Assembly (NCBI GenBank): GCA_964349125.1
Contig: CAYGFH010000006.1
Span: forward strand, 11,121 to 75,120
DNA: 64,000 nt
From: an uncultured Gammaproteobacteria bacterium
GTDB taxonomy: Bacteria > Patescibacteriota > Microgenomatia > UBA10105 > UBA927
Direction of reading: 5' to 3'
The translations under genes and the position numbers were made by a program. This document shows, piece after piece, positions 10,672 to 21,556 of the stretch. The notes below the pieces were generated by a model. The model did not search any database. It was not told the origin of the DNA and saw only the letters and a program-made list of their open reading frames with translations. Each line of letters begins with the position of its first letter. The first letter of the stretch is position 1.

Positions 10672-11943
10672 TTATACTTTTGGAAAAAGCTCTGATTCTA
10701 TTTGGAGTAACCTGTTGTACTTACCTACCCGTTCTCCCCGTGCAGGCGCGCCAAATTTGACATAATCTGATTGTACGGCAACAGCCAAATCGGATATAAA
10801 CGTATCGTTCGTCTCTCCGCTTCTATGTGACACGATGCATTTGATATCATTTTTCTTTGCAATATCAACGACAGCCAAAAATTCGGAGAGTGAACCGATC
10901 TGATTCGGTTTTAGTAATACTGCACTGCACGCCTTTTTCTCGATCGCTTTTTTTAGACGTGCCGGGTTGGTGGTGAGTAAATCATCCCCGATAATCAGGA
11001 GTTCTCCGCCAAATTCACGGTTCAACTCTACCCACCCATCCCAATCATCCTCTCCGAGAGGATCTTCAAGAGTCAACAACCTGTATAATTTATGCATATC
11101 GGCTATGTATTTTATAAAGTCCGAAGTCCTGTATGGTACCGGACGGTCTTTAATTTGATACCCACGCTCACTTCTAAATGAGGATGCGGCAATATCTAAA
11201 CCAAAAAATATATCAACGCCAAACCTGTAGATACTCGAGCGGATCGTCTCTGTGAGAAGCTCCAATGGATCCATGTTTGTCGATAAGTTCGGTGCATATC
11301 CGCCTTCATCACCCGTAGAGTGCGCAGCTCCTCGTTTGATCAATTGTTGCTTGACCGCGTGGTATACCTCTACACCCATCTGAAGCGCATCACTGAACGA
11401 TTTACTGGTAGCCGGAACTATATGATATTCCTGGAAATCTAAATTACCGCCACCATGTTTGCCACCGTTTATAACGTTAAATGTGGGTGTCGGAATTCTA
11501 TTCATTGGGATCACGGTGCTCGCACTGGCAAGTTGATTCAGATATTTATACAGTGGCACTCGGGTATGTGCAGCCGCTGCAACTGCAACTGCCAGAGAAA
11601 CACCCAGAATGCTGTTTGCGCCGAGTGATGCTTTGTTTGGGGTACCATCCAAATCTACCATAGCCTTATCAATTGCACCTTGGTTTAAAGCGTCCATACC
11701 CTTAATTTTGGGATTGATGATGGTGTTTACATTTGAGACAGCTTTGAGCACCCCTTTGCCATCATAGCGTTTTGTATCATGGTCGCGCAGCTCAACAGCT
11801 TCATACGTGCCAACAGAAGCCCCGGATGGGACGGCAGCTATGCCACGATACCCGCTGTTTAAGATAACCTGTACCTCTACTGTCGGGTTACCCCGGGAAT
11901 CGAGTATCTCCCGCGCTATTGCACTATATATTTTTGAATCCAT
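10672..11943 (-). CDS. eno: enolase (phosphopyruvate hydratase)
   Basis: 423 aa. The N-terminus MDSKIYSAIAREILDSRGNPTVEVQV and a C-terminal enolase signature region (VSHRSGETNDTFISDLAVA) are present. Confidence 0.95.
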   Translation of the reverse strand: MDSKIYSAIAREILDSRGNPTVEVQVILNSGYRGIAAVPSGASVGTYEAVELRDHDTKRYDGKGVLKAVSNVNTIINPKIKGMDALNQGAIDKAMVDLDGTPNKASLGANSILGVSLAVAVAAAAHTRVPLYKYLNQLASASTVIPMNRIPTPTFNVINGGKHGGGNLDFQEYHIVPATSKSFSDALQMGVEVYHAVKQQLIKRGAAHSTGDEGGYAPNLSTNMDPLELLTETIRSSIYRFGVDIFFGLDIAASSFRSERGYQIKDRPVPYRTSDFIKYIADMHKLYRLLTLEDPLGEDDWDGWVELNREFGGELLIIGDDLLTTNPARLKKAIEKKACSAVLLKPNQIGSLSEFLAVVDIAKKNDIKCIVSHRSGETNDTFISDLAVAVQSDYVKFGAPARGERVGKYNRLLQIESELFPKV

Positions 11944-12022
11944 TCTTATTTTGGTGAAACGCTATCCGCTAAACGTAAATCGTAAGTTGAAAAACGATTA
12001 ACGATTCGCGTTTAACGTATAA

Positions 12023-14287
12023 CTACTTTCTACTCGCGTGCTTTTTTTCGGCCTGATATACGGTCTCTCTTACATGATCAATGGCATCAGGGTTTACCGA
12101 TACGCTTGTGATACCCCATGATACCAGCTTTTCCACCAGTTCAGGATAATCACTTGGAGCCTGACCGCACATGGATACCGTGACGCCACGCTTTACGCAG
12201 GTTTTCACAATATGTTCAAATGCCCACAGGACACTGGGATCCATTTCTGAAAAATCATGCGCGACCTCACTGTTATCCCGGTCTGTACCCAATATAAGCA
12301 TAGTCAAATCATTTGAGCCGATTGAGACTCCATCTATTCCGACATCAAGGAAATCGTTAAGCCTGATGACGTTTGTGGGAATCTCGCACATCAGCCATAG
12401 CTTGAATGATGGAGACCTGGTCATACCGTTTGCGGCAATAATCTTTTTCACATCCATGAGCTCTTTTGGCGTTCGCACAAAAGGGATCATCATATGAAGG
12501 TTTGTTAACCCCATATCATGACGTACCTTTTTAATGGCAGCCAGCTCCATTTCAAACACGCCCGCATCATGTGTGTATCTCGCAGCGCCGCGGAATCCTA
12601 ACATCGGGTTTGGTTCTTCCGGCTCAAATGCTTCTCCGCCCTTCAGATTTCTGTATTCATTTGTCTTGAAATCTGTCGTACGGTACACGACCGGCCGTGG
12701 ATTAAATGATTTGCAAAACACAGCAAGTTTTTCTGCCAGAGTATCGATAAATATATGCTCTTTATGATCATGGATGAGTTTTTTCGGGTGGGTCCCGATA
12801 TCAGCGATCATAAACTCAGCTCGAAGCAAACCGACACCATCAGCATTCAGTTTTGCAACTGTTGGAGCGCGACTTGGCTCCGCTAGGTTCACATACACAT
12901 GGGTAGCGGTTTTTTGGTGTTCTGGATTTATCACCTGCTTGGTTGCTTCCAACTTGGTAGGCATAACGGTACCTTTGTATATCTCGCCATTGGACCCGTT
13001 CACCGTCAGCACCATACCGTCTTTTAGCAACTTGCGTACGTCCTTTGCTCCTACCACAGCCGGAATACCAAGCTCGCGAGATACAATAGCCGCGTGTGAT
13101 GTCCTTCCTCCGCGTTCCGTGATAATCGCTATGGCCTTTTTCATAGCTGGAACGAAATCAGGATTTGTCTGCTCGGCAACCAATATATCTCCCGCTTTCA
13201 GAGTATGTATCTCTTTTGCACTTGATAGCATTTTGACAGGACCGGATGCCATACCGGGACTGGCGGGATCGCCCTTAGCAAAGACCTGCGCATGCACTTT
13301 TGCCTGCGGTTTAGCTGCATCTTTGCCGATTGTAGTAATCGGGCGGGTTTGCACAATGTACACTTCACCGCCTTCAATTGCCCATTCGCTATCCTGCGGG
13401 AAGAAGTAATGTTTCTCCAAATTTTTACTGAGTTTGGCAAGAGCGAGGATTTCATCATCCGTAAGCTTTGGTTTGCTTCCTTCTTTTTCAGTAAGAACAT
13501 GCTCGATATTGCCATCGCCTTTTCTCTCCATTACCTTTTCTTGCGTATGAGTCTCTCTGACAACCACGGTCATTGTTTTTTTATCAACTTCATAATGATC
13601 AGGTGTAACTGCTCCTTGAACGATCATCTCTCCTAATCCAAAAATTGCCTCAATGGTAACCCGATCCTTGTCGTTTGTTACAGGGTTAATGGAAAACATA
13701 ATTCCTGATTTTACCGATTCGACCATTTTCTGCACAGGAACAGCAATACCGACCTGGAAGTGGTCGAATTTATTGGTCTCACGGTAAAAAATTGCCCGTG
13801 CGGTAAACAGTGATGCCCACGCCTCTTTGACCATTTCGATAAGGTTAGCTTCACCTCGAACGTTCAGAAACGTTGCCTGTTGCCCCGCAAATGATGCACC
13901 GGGAAGATCCTCGGCTGTTGCGCTCGACCTCACTGCAACCAGCGCGTGCTTTATCTCACTCCCACTCAGCGTGAAATACGCCTTAATAATGTCATTGGCA
14001 ATTTCCTTTGGAAAGTCACTGCGAGTAATAATACGCTGAACTTTGAGTGCCGCTTTATCCAACGCTTGACTGTCTGAGACATCCAAGCCATAAAGAGTAT
14101 CCTGTATGCTTTTTCTGATATTTGCCTCTTCTAAAAATGTTCTGTAGGCGTGTACTGTGACAACAAAACCATTTGGTACAGGAAATCCGGCGCGGGTCAT
14201 TTCTCCCAAATTCGCACCCTTTCCTCCTACTGTGTTGCCGTCATGTTTGTCTATGTCTTTAAACCAGAGAACATTTTTGTTGCTCAT
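12023..14287 (-). CDS. ppsA: phosphoenolpyruvate synthase (PEP/pyruvate-binding, phospho-His and PEP-utilizing domains)
   Basis: 754 aa. It has the N-terminal ATP-grasp-like motif GGKGANLGEM and the central phosphohistidine domain GGRTSHAAIVSRELGIPAVVG. The size fits PpsA rather than PPDK. Confidence 0.85.
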   Translation of the reverse strand: MSNKNVLWFKDIDKHDGNTVGGKGANLGEMTRAGFPVPNGFVVTVHAYRTFLEEANIRKSIQDTLYGLDVSDSQALDKAALKVQRIITRSDFPKEIANDIIKAYFTLSGSEIKHALVAVRSSATAEDLPGASFAGQQATFLNVRGEANLIEMVKEAWASLFTARAIFYRETNKFDHFQVGIAVPVQKMVESVKSGIMFSINPVTNDKDRVTIEAIFGLGEMIVQGAVTPDHYEVDKKTMTVVVRETHTQEKVMERKGDGNIEHVLTEKEGSKPKLTDDEILALAKLSKNLEKHYFFPQDSEWAIEGGEVYIVQTRPITTIGKDAAKPQAKVHAQVFAKGDPASPGMASGPVKMLSSAKEIHTLKAGDILVAEQTNPDFVPAMKKAIAIITERGGRTSHAAIVSRELGIPAVVGAKDVRKLLKDGMVLTVNGSNGEIYKGTVMPTKLEATKQVINPEHQKTATHVYVNLAEPSRAPTVAKLNADGVGLLRAEFMIADIGTHPKKLIHDHKEHIFIDTLAEKLAVFCKSFNPRPVVYRTTDFKTNEYRNLKGGEAFEPEEPNPMLGFRGAARYTHDAGVFEMELAAIKKVRHDMGLTNLHMMIPFVRTPKELMDVKKIIAANGMTRSPSFKLWLMCEIPTNVIRLNDFLDVGIDGVSIGSNDLTMLILGTDRDNSEVAHDFSEMDPSVLWAFEHIVKTCVKRGVTVSMCGQAPSDYPELVEKLVSWGITSVSVNPDAIDHVRETVYQAEKKHASRK

Positions 14288-14436
14288 AGCGTATCCTCCT
14301 TAGGATTAAATCGGACGGTTTTTGAATCGTGAGTGACAACGAGTAGCGTAAGAAGAATATTGGACAGCATGAATCTAGTATGCAGAATAATTCATGAATC
14401 TGCAAGTAGTATGAATATCATGTGTGTGTCACACGA

Positions 14437-15513
14437 TCACTTTGCTGCGAGCTGCTCTTTGAAGTACGTTACCCATGGGATTGCCACAGGATCGTTATCG
14501 TACAACATGGCCATATAAAATGTCGTGAACCCTGACAGGGTAAACCCTTCCAAAACCTGCGCAAGTTTTGTCGGAGCATTAAGCTTCACCACATGTGTGG
14601 CTACCTGTTGCTTTTCCACGACTTCGCGGGTAATCTCAAATCGTTTTTGGATAGAGGAGCTATACAGATCACTGGTAAAAAAGACAAATACCCCGTTTGT
14701 ATGGAGAGTATCCGGCCGTTTCAGCCCTTCCATCAGATGATGGTTTAACTCTGATATATAGCGGTAGTCAGAAATCATCTTTGCCGTCTCATTTATCTGG
14801 TTGGCAAATCCGTTACCGAAGCCTTTCATAAACTCGGCGGTGATGATAAACGGGTGCTTATCCAGTAAATAGGTTGCCAGCTGTTTCGCAGGATTCCGAG
14901 TGGTTGGCACATCTGCTGTCATCGTTCTTGCCAATTCTTTCACATATGCTATAGCCTCTGATACTTCTTCATCTGTAACTTCGATAAGTTTCAGCGCTTT
15001 CAATATGCCCAAATGCCCCATCAGGAGGTATCCGCCACCAATACGTGGCTGACCACACGGGTTAAACTTTGGATCAAATACATACGACGGAATACCACGA
15101 TCCTTCATCATCTTGCCGATAGGACCGCCTTGCACAACGGCTGTCACCCGTGCCCCGCGCCTGAACGCATCTTCTGCGCACGCAATGACTTCTTCAGTCG
15201 TTCCTGAGAACGAGGATAGAATAACGAGAGTGTCACGGTCCACATAGTTCGGTAACGTGTAATCCTCCACAATTTCATATGGCTCAGCAATGCGATCACG
15301 AAACAGCTCTTTGATGGCTTTCGGTGTGAAGCGCGATCCTCCCATACCACAGACGACAATATTATAAATATTACTGTAGGAATCCGCGGGAAACTGTATA
15401 GCTGAACTTTCCTGCCATGCCTGTGTACACTGATCAGCAAACTGGGCTGTGGATCCCAATACGTCTTTCGGATCCAGCGCCTTCATGAGTGAAATATCGT
15501 CGAGTGTTTTCAT
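14437..15513 (-). CDS. bifunctional phosphoglucose/phosphomannose isomerase (SIS domain, archaeal type)
   Basis: 358 aa. It has a SIS-domain core (VVCGMGGSRFTPKAI). The size and architecture match PGI/PMI family enzymes. It is in an operon with phosphomannomutase. Confidence 0.65.
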   Translation of the reverse strand: MKTLDDISLMKALDPKDVLGSTAQFADQCTQAWQESSAIQFPADSYSNIYNIVVCGMGGSRFTPKAIKELFRDRIAEPYEIVEDYTLPNYVDRDTLVILSSFSGTTEEVIACAEDAFRRGARVTAVVQGGPIGKMMKDRGIPSYVFDPKFNPCGQPRIGGGYLLMGHLGILKALKLIEVTDEEVSEAIAYVKELARTMTADVPTTRNPAKQLATYLLDKHPFIITAEFMKGFGNGFANQINETAKMISDYRYISELNHHLMEGLKRPDTLHTNGVFVFFTSDLYSSSIQKRFEITREVVEKQQVATHVVKLNAPTKLAQVLEGFTLSGFTTFYMAMLYDNDPVAIPWVTYFKEQLAAK

Positions 15514-16871
15514 TTTAGGATTCCTCCTTTTGCAGTTACAACCGATACAAGCTCATCAGTACGCGTTTTCAGTACCTCATGAGTATCTGCCTCTACATTG
15601 AGCCTGAGCAGAGGTTCAGTTTTGCTGGAGCGTACGTTGATCCAGAAATCCTTATACCAAATGCTTAGACCATCTAGTTCATCAACACGATCGGCATCTT
15701 TGAAATGATCGCGGATTGTCTGCATAGTGTCTGGGATATCTGAAACAGCATAGTTGAGTTCACCGCTTGCTGGATACACATCCAGCTCACCAACTATTTC
15801 AGAAAACTTCCGGCCGTCATGAGAAATAAGAGATAACATCATAAGTGCCGTGAGCACTCCTGATTCAGAGTTGAAGAAGCCCCTATGGTAATAGTGACCA
15901 CTGTGCTCGCCGGCAAATATCGCGTGGAATTTGCGCATGAAGTTTTTCATAAAGCTGTGTCCCACCCGAACACGCTCATACTTCCCTCCATATTTTGCGA
16001 TTGTCTCAGGTACAACACGACCGCAGACGGCACTGTAGAGCACGTACTCACCAGGATGCTGTTTCAGGATGTGTCGTGCCATGATGGCCGTTACCAGTGT
16101 TCCTGATACGAATCTGCCCGTATTATCCACGAAAAATACACGATCGGCATCCCCATCGAAGGTAAGTCCGACATCAGCATTTACTTCCTTCATCTTAGCC
16201 ACCAGTGCCGCATTGTTTGTTTCAACTAATGGGTTTGGAGTATGGTTTGGAAATCGCCCATCCAATTCGAAAAACATGTTCGTCATCTTAAACGGAAGAC
16301 CTTCGAAAATTTTCGGTACTAATTTGCCAGCCATGCCGTTACCCGCATCAATCACAATATTGAGCGGTTTGAGTGACGGGATATCAATAAAAGAAAGTAC
16401 TTTTTCTTTCCACTCAGGAAACACATCAATGTGCGTTACAGTGCCGGGAATTGCAGCTGGGGCAGGAGGATCATCGTTTACCATTGCTTTAATTTCAGCC
16501 AATCCTGAATCACCGCTTACCGCAATTGGACCCTTGAGTACAATTTTCAGCCCATTGTAATTGGACGGATTATGAGATGCCGAAATCATGATAGACATAT
16601 CATAGTCACGGGTTCCAGATATGAAGTAGGAAATTTCAGTTCCTGTAAGGCCGGCATCAAATACGTCGACACCACACTGTGTGAATGCCGCGATAAGCCC
16701 ATCACGGATCTCTTCACCAGATAGACGCATGTCTCTGCAGATTGCCACTGTTTTTGGCTGGAATTTTTTTACAATGGCAAAACCGATTGCTTTGGCAACT
16801 GTGCCGTTTATCTGCTCCGGATAGGTACCGCGAACATCATAATCCTTGAACATAGAGAGATCTGTAATCAT
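15510..16871 (-). CDS. phosphomannomutase/phosphoglucomutase (alpha-D-phosphohexomutase)
   Basis: 453 aa. It has the active-site serine loop SASHNP and a GDGDADR metal-binding loop. Confidence 0.85.
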   Translation of the reverse strand: MITDLSMFKDYDVRGTYPEQINGTVAKAIGFAIVKKFQPKTVAICRDMRLSGEEIRDGLIAAFTQCGVDVFDAGLTGTEISYFISGTRDYDMSIMISASHNPSNYNGLKIVLKGPIAVSGDSGLAEIKAMVNDDPPAPAAIPGTVTHIDVFPEWKEKVLSFIDIPSLKPLNIVIDAGNGMAGKLVPKIFEGLPFKMTNMFFELDGRFPNHTPNPLVETNNAALVAKMKEVNADVGLTFDGDADRVFFVDNTGRFVSGTLVTAIMARHILKQHPGEYVLYSAVCGRVVPETIAKYGGKYERVRVGHSFMKNFMRKFHAIFAGEHSGHYYHRGFFNSESGVLTALMMLSLISHDGRKFSEIVGELDVYPASGELNYAVSDIPDTMQTIRDHFKDADRVDELDGLSIWYKDFWINVRSSKTEPLLRLNVEADTHEVLKTRTDELVSVVTAKGGILK

Positions 16872-17554
16872 AGGGAAATAAAAAATTGTTCGAGATGCTG
16901 CGCCATAGTAAATGGTGAAACACCTGTTTTTATACTGACTTCCGCATCATGCAATCTCGCATAGTGCACAAGAAGCTCACCCATCGTAAATGACTTGGTT
17001 TGTGTTGTCAACCGACTGAGCTGCCACGATGCAACACCCTCCGGCTTACCACCATCAGCTATCTGTATAAGTTGTCGGATACGTTTAACCACCAAAGAAA
17101 ACACAAGTTCCGGCGCTTCAGACTGTTGAATTTGGGAGAATATGGTCAAAAGCTGTTTGGCGTTACCAGCATGCATTCCGTCCAATAGTTGGAAAATAAG
17201 CACAGGCAATTTGAATAGTCGTACAGTGACGTCGCGACCAAGGTGTTTTAAAGGAGTGGCACCGATTTCTTTCTCTTCCCACAGAAGTATGTCTGTTGCG
17301 CTGTTTTTGGCAATAATCGTTGCCACCTGTTCGATCTTCTTTGGGAACTTGCCGATTTTCCCAAACAAGCGTTCAATGACTACAACCACGTCTCCGCCAA
17401 ACAATGATGTTGATTCAAGGGATTGTGTGAGATCAGTGAGTTCAATTGTTCTCCCGTCCAAAACACGTACTTCTTTCCCCTGCGCCTTTTCTTTCAGACG
17501 GGTAAGTTCATTTCTGGATGCCTCAATATAGTCGCCATGTAACAGAGTAATCAT
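16868..17554 (-). CDS. holA: putative DNA polymerase III delta subunit (HolA-like, short form)
   Basis: 228 aa. The N-terminus MITLLHGDY...[12 protein letters not shown] resembles short CPR-type HolA N-termini. It overlaps flanking genes by 4 bp, which indicates translational coupling. The assignment is tentative. Confidence 0.4.
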   Translation of the reverse strand: MITLLHGDYIEASRNELTRLKEKAQGKEVRVLDGRTIELTDLTQSLESTSLFGGDVVVVIERLFGKIGKFPKKIEQVATIIAKNSATDILLWEEKEIGATPLKHLGRDVTVRLFKLPVLIFQLLDGMHAGNAKQLLTIFSQIQQSEAPELVFSLVVKRIRQLIQIADGGKPEGVASWQLSRLTTQTKSFTMGELLVHYARLHDAEVSIKTGVSPFTMAQHLEQFFISL

Positions 17555-17973
17555 ACTGTCGAGAGTAGCCGTTTTGCCTCTTCTATGAGCGGGATCGCGC
17601 TATCCGGATACCCTATATCTATTGCCGCCTGATTTAGGGGAACCCATGTCGGCTCATGAATGCCTTCTTCTGCTTGACCTACTGGAGAGAGCGTTCCGTT
17701 ATACTGAAAGACAAAATAGTGCACTGTTTTATCTACCTGCCCATTTCGCGTATATATATAGTGAATGGGTGTAAGTTTCCCTAAATAAAGCAAACCATGC
17801 AATCCTACCTCTTCTGCTATCTCGCGCACTGCTGTTTCTTCCAGAGATTCATCGTCTTCAATTTTTCCCTTCGGGAATGTCCATACGCCATTCATATCCC
17901 GCACTCGAAGGACTTCCCACCCATTAGGTGTTTTTCTAAAAATAAGACCCCCCGCTGAAATTTCTGTTTTCAT
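17551..17973 (-). CDS. NUDIX hydrolase
   Basis: 140 aa. It has a Nudix box-like segment [23 protein letters not shown]. Confidence 0.7.
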   Translation of the reverse strand: MKTEISAGGLIFRKTPNGWEVLRVRDMNGVWTFPKGKIEDDESLEETAVREIAEEVGLHGLLYLGKLTPIHYIYTRNGQVDKTVHYFVFQYNGTLSPVGQAEEGIHEPTWVPLNQAAIDIGYPDSAIPLIEEAKRLLSTV

Positions 17974-17975
17974 AG

Positions 17976-19739
17976 TTATCTAAATTTCCACACCGATCCG
18001 AGTGTATCAGTATACACCAGCGGATACTGTTTCGTTAAGGCATTCGAATCACAAGGCCGAATATTTGGTATGGCAGAGTCTGAATAACATACGATATACG
18101 CAATGGAAGTTTCCTGTATACCGGCAGTACCTGAAAGCACTGCCTTCTGCACAACAAGAGCCGGGTCAGGGCTACCACCATATGTATATATATATTGCGT
18201 CCTGCCAGTATACGTCTTTATGCCTGCGATATTTATCGGATCGTATATTTCCCCATTCGTCAACACAATATCTCCGGGTTTCATATGTTCAGAGACTGCC
18301 TTCAGGAGTGGATGGTGTGCATAATCTACTATCCTGGCGAATACATCATTTTTTAACACAAAAAAATTTATAATACCTGAGATACACAAGAAAAAAATTA
18401 ACACATATGCCAGCATAGTCCGCCATACATACTTAAGCACAAACAATACGCAAAATGTCATGCATAACTTCCAGAGTATGAAAAACTTGTGATCATCAAA
18501 TACATTGCGAACACTGATATGAAAGACATTAGGAAGCGTAAAAAGGAGAAGCGAATATAACGCAAGCCATCTGAATTTTTTCCCGGAGTATAGGATCCCG
18601 AGTACAGAGATTGGTATCAGTAATCCCGTATTTCTGAACCAGAATGTAAACCATGATAGTACTGTAAGAGGGACTACAATAAAGCCTGGTGCAAATAGTA
18701 TTCCGCTTTGTGAATGCATGAGAATTTCTAATACCTTTGGGGCAGACACACCAATCGCCAGCAATAGTGTGGGAACACTGAGGCGTCGTGAAAGCACGAC
18801 GAGCAAACAGGCCGCTAGAAATACATGCACATGCCAGTAACAGAGAAACCCCAACACGATTCCATCAAATATTCTTCGACTTTTTGGAGTATACAAGCTG
18901 TACTTGAGATGCTCCGGTATAAACCAGAGAAATGCAGCGATCCCGAAGAGCAACTGTCGTTGATTCAGATACGTATTTAGATTCCAAAAAACCTCAAAAG
19001 AATCCGAATACCTATTCGTGTGATAGAGTGCAGAAAACCAACTGGCCGGATTGACATGTTCAGTTACAAACTGAAACCAAAGTAACGTTTGATCGGAAAA
19101 AAATATAATAACTCCGACACATGCAAATACCCAAGACCGCTTAATCGTATACGCGAACATATACACTGATGTGCCGATGCTCGCAAATGCAAGCGCGCTA
19201 ATGAGATTAAGTGCCAGGTCGATCCTCAAACCTAAATATTCCAACAACCCTGCGTAGAAATGAGTCAAAAAGTAATAAGACCCACCTGATTGTGAAAAAA
19301 ACGGTATAGTAGCTGGATAATTATTCCCGAGAGAGAATGATCGAATAAATGGAATATGAGCTCCGAAATCCATATACGTATTGGACGATACTAACAGGCT
19401 ATTCGAGGTCGTGTCGTATGAGAATGAGTGGGCAAATATATACCAGCCAAACATCGCCATCGCCAGGTATACTGTGACTTCTCTACTCGAAAGATGGATC
19501 GGCCATCTCTGTCGGGTTGCTATCTGATACCCGTATATGAAACTTAGAACTACCATATAACACAACAGCGACACGGCAAGATCATGAGTGATATACGACG
19601 TCAGTATAAAGAGAGGAGTAAGTGATAGAATCGAACCAAGTATATAGAAATACCCCAGTCCATTTCGAACTTTGCCTAATAATCCAAGTATTAGCACACC
19701 ATTGAAGCAAACACTCACCAAAAAAAGTAGCGCAAGCAT
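17976..19739 (-). CDS. polytopic integral membrane protein, possible GT-C fold glycosyltransferase
   Basis: 587 aa. The N-terminal ~460 aa are extremely hydrophobic with more than 10 predicted TM segments, and there is a ~120-aa C-terminal soluble domain. This is the ArnT/PMT-like architecture. There is no specific motif I can verify. Confidence 0.4.
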   Translation of the reverse strand: MLALLFLVSVCFNGVLILGLLGKVRNGLGYFYILGSILSLTPLFILTSYITHDLAVSLLCYMVVLSFIYGYQIATRQRWPIHLSSREVTVYLAMAMFGWYIFAHSFSYDTTSNSLLVSSNTYMDFGAHIPFIRSFSLGNNYPATIPFFSQSGGSYYFLTHFYAGLLEYLGLRIDLALNLISALAFASIGTSVYMFAYTIKRSWVFACVGVIIFFSDQTLLWFQFVTEHVNPASWFSALYHTNRYSDSFEVFWNLNTYLNQRQLLFGIAAFLWFIPEHLKYSLYTPKSRRIFDGIVLGFLCYWHVHVFLAACLLVVLSRRLSVPTLLLAIGVSAPKVLEILMHSQSGILFAPGFIVVPLTVLSWFTFWFRNTGLLIPISVLGILYSGKKFRWLALYSLLLFTLPNVFHISVRNVFDDHKFFILWKLCMTFCVLFVLKYVWRTMLAYVLIFFLCISGIINFFVLKNDVFARIVDYAHHPLLKAVSEHMKPGDIVLTNGEIYDPINIAGIKTYTGRTQYIYTYGGSPDPALVVQKAVLSGTAGIQETSIAYIVCYSDSAIPNIRPCDSNALTKQYPLVYTDTLGSVWKFR

Positions 19740-19743
19740 ACAA

Positions 19744-20925
19744 TTATGTCTTTGGCAATAAATATCGTCTCCCCTTCAATTTGTCAGGTAGTAAACTTTC
19801 GTTTGTGTACATCTCATATCCTTTGCCGTATTCCAAGTTTTTCATCAGTTTGGTCGGAGCATTTCGAATCATAAGTGGTATGGGGAGGTTTCCAAACTGC
19901 TTAACATCGGCAAGGGCCGCAAAATATGCATCATATGCACTTCTATCTTTCTTGGCGGTACACAGATACACAACCCCGTGCGCCAAACTGATTTGTGCTT
20001 CAGGATACCCGATTTTATTGCAGGCATCAAAGACCGCATTGGCGACCACCAGTGCCGTAGGCTGTGCAACACCAATGTCTTCAGAGGCAAAAATAACCAT
20101 GCGCCTCGCAATAAAGAGAGGATCCTCTCCCGCAGATGTCATACGCGCCAGATAGTAGAGGGCCGCATCAGTATTGCTTGCGCGCATTGATTTGATGAAA
20201 GCGCTAATTGTATTGTAGTGTTCCTCCCCCGACTGATCATACTGGAGCATTTTTCTCTGTGCTGCATCTTCCATGTGTTGAACTGTGATCGTGTTTTTTC
20301 CTGCAAATTGAGCGGCAATTTCCAAAATGTTATAGAGACTGCGTCCATCTCCATTGGCAGCCTCACGCAAAAATGCCTTTGCAGTGTCTTCTATCTTCAT
20401 ACCCAAATGCGATACGCCCCGATCAATAAGCAGATCCAACTCTTCATCAGTTAGTTGCTTGACCACTACTACACGGCAACGGGAAAGAAGTGGAGCTATG
20501 ACTTCAAATGACGGATTTTCCGTCGTGGCACCTATAAATATGACTGTCCCCTTTTCCACATGCGGCAGCAGGGCATCTTGCTGCGCCTTGGTAAATCTAT
20601 GTATCTCATCCAGAAAAAATACCGTTTTTTTTCCCTGCGCCAGTCGATTTTCTGATTCTTTGATAATACGGCGAACATCCGCGAGTGTCGACGTGACGGC
20701 ACTGTGTGATTCAAAATGCGCAGCGGTGATTGTCGCCACCAACTCAGCAAGCGTCGTTTTTCCCACACCCGGCGGCCCCCAAAAAATCATCGACGGCAAA
20801 AATCCCGTGGATAAAAATTTACGCAGTATGCCGTCTTTTCCGACCAGATGCGACTGCCCTATCACCTCATCGAGTGTTTTTGGACGTAGCTGTTGAGCAA
20901 GTGGTTTGAGAACAGGATTATACAT
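19744..20925 (-). CDS. rarA: replication-associated recombination protein A (RarA/MgsA AAA+ ATPase)
   Basis: 393 aa. It has the Walker A motif GPPGVGKTTLA, a Walker B FFLDEIHRF, and a C-terminal MgsA helical domain. Confidence 0.9.
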   Translation of the reverse strand: MYNPVLKPLAQQLRPKTLDEVIGQSHLVGKDGILRKFLSTGFLPSMIFWGPPGVGKTTLAELVATITAAHFESHSAVTSTLADVRRIIKESENRLAQGKKTVFFLDEIHRFTKAQQDALLPHVEKGTVIFIGATTENPSFEVIAPLLSRCRVVVVKQLTDEELDLLIDRGVSHLGMKIEDTAKAFLREAANGDGRSLYNILEIAAQFAGKNTITVQHMEDAAQRKMLQYDQSGEEHYNTISAFIKSMRASNTDAALYYLARMTSAGEDPLFIARRMVIFASEDIGVAQPTALVVANAVFDACNKIGYPEAQISLAHGVVYLCTAKKDRSAYDAYFAALADVKQFGNLPIPLMIRNAPTKLMKNLEYGKGYEMYTNESLLPDKLKGRRYLLPKT

Positions 20926-21556
20926 TTAAATCATAAAAATAATCATCGGTATTATGCTGTTGTTTTTGCACGTTTTTAATTCGCCTGATTCGTTTAAACG
21001 TTTGCTCAATCTCAGCTAATAGCATTTTATCTTCGGTTCCAAAGGGTCCAAAGTACACCTTGCCACCATGCTTTGTGATACGCAACAACTCATCAAGTGC
21101 ATACATGTGTTCTGTCCACCCATTACTGTAATACCAGCTTGCATAAATGTCGAATGTCGCATCAAACGATCCATTTTTAAACGGAAGCTCAGGGCTTAAG
21201 CCGGCCAGTAAATTTTTCTTGTATTCAATCGGTCCTTTTCTAAACGTGTACATAGAAAAGGCCGGATTTATACTGCATACACGAAGGTCGCGTCGAATGT
21301 CGTGAACTTCTCGTGCAAATGCGGCGTATACACATCCAACATCACATACTATGCCATTTTGGGGAATTGGGGAAAGCATTTCCTTCATCGACTCATATCC
21401 CATAAACTCGTTGCGTGGCGTTCCATCCTGTTGTATTTGCGGTATCCTCGCTAACAGTAACTTTTCACTCGCATACCCCTGACCCACTGGCAGTATCTCG
21501 CTCATGACGTAATTATATCCCATAATACTATTATTACAAAACATTAAATTCTTCAT
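20918..21556 (-). CDS. putative class I SAM-dependent methyltransferase
   Basis: 212 aa. The IVCDVGCVYAAF glycine-rich loop is consistent with methyltransferase motif I. It lies between dinB and rarA with 4-8 bp overlaps. Confidence 0.45.
   Translation of the reverse strand: MKNLMFCNNSIMGYNYVMSEILPVGQGYASEKLLLARIPQIQQDGTPRNEFMGYESMKEMLSPIPQNGIVCDVGCVYAAFAREVHDIRRDLRVCSINPAFSMYTFRKGPIEYKKNLLAGLSPELPFKNGSFDATFDIYASWYYSNGWTEHMYALDELLRITKHGGKVYFGPFGTEDKMLLAEIEQTFKRIRRIKNVQKQQHNTDDYFYDLNV

Noticed and set aside
16069-16560. 163-aa plus-strand ORF
   Set aside because: It lies antisense within the phosphomannomutase gene and shows Ser/Thr/Ala-rich shadow-frame composition.
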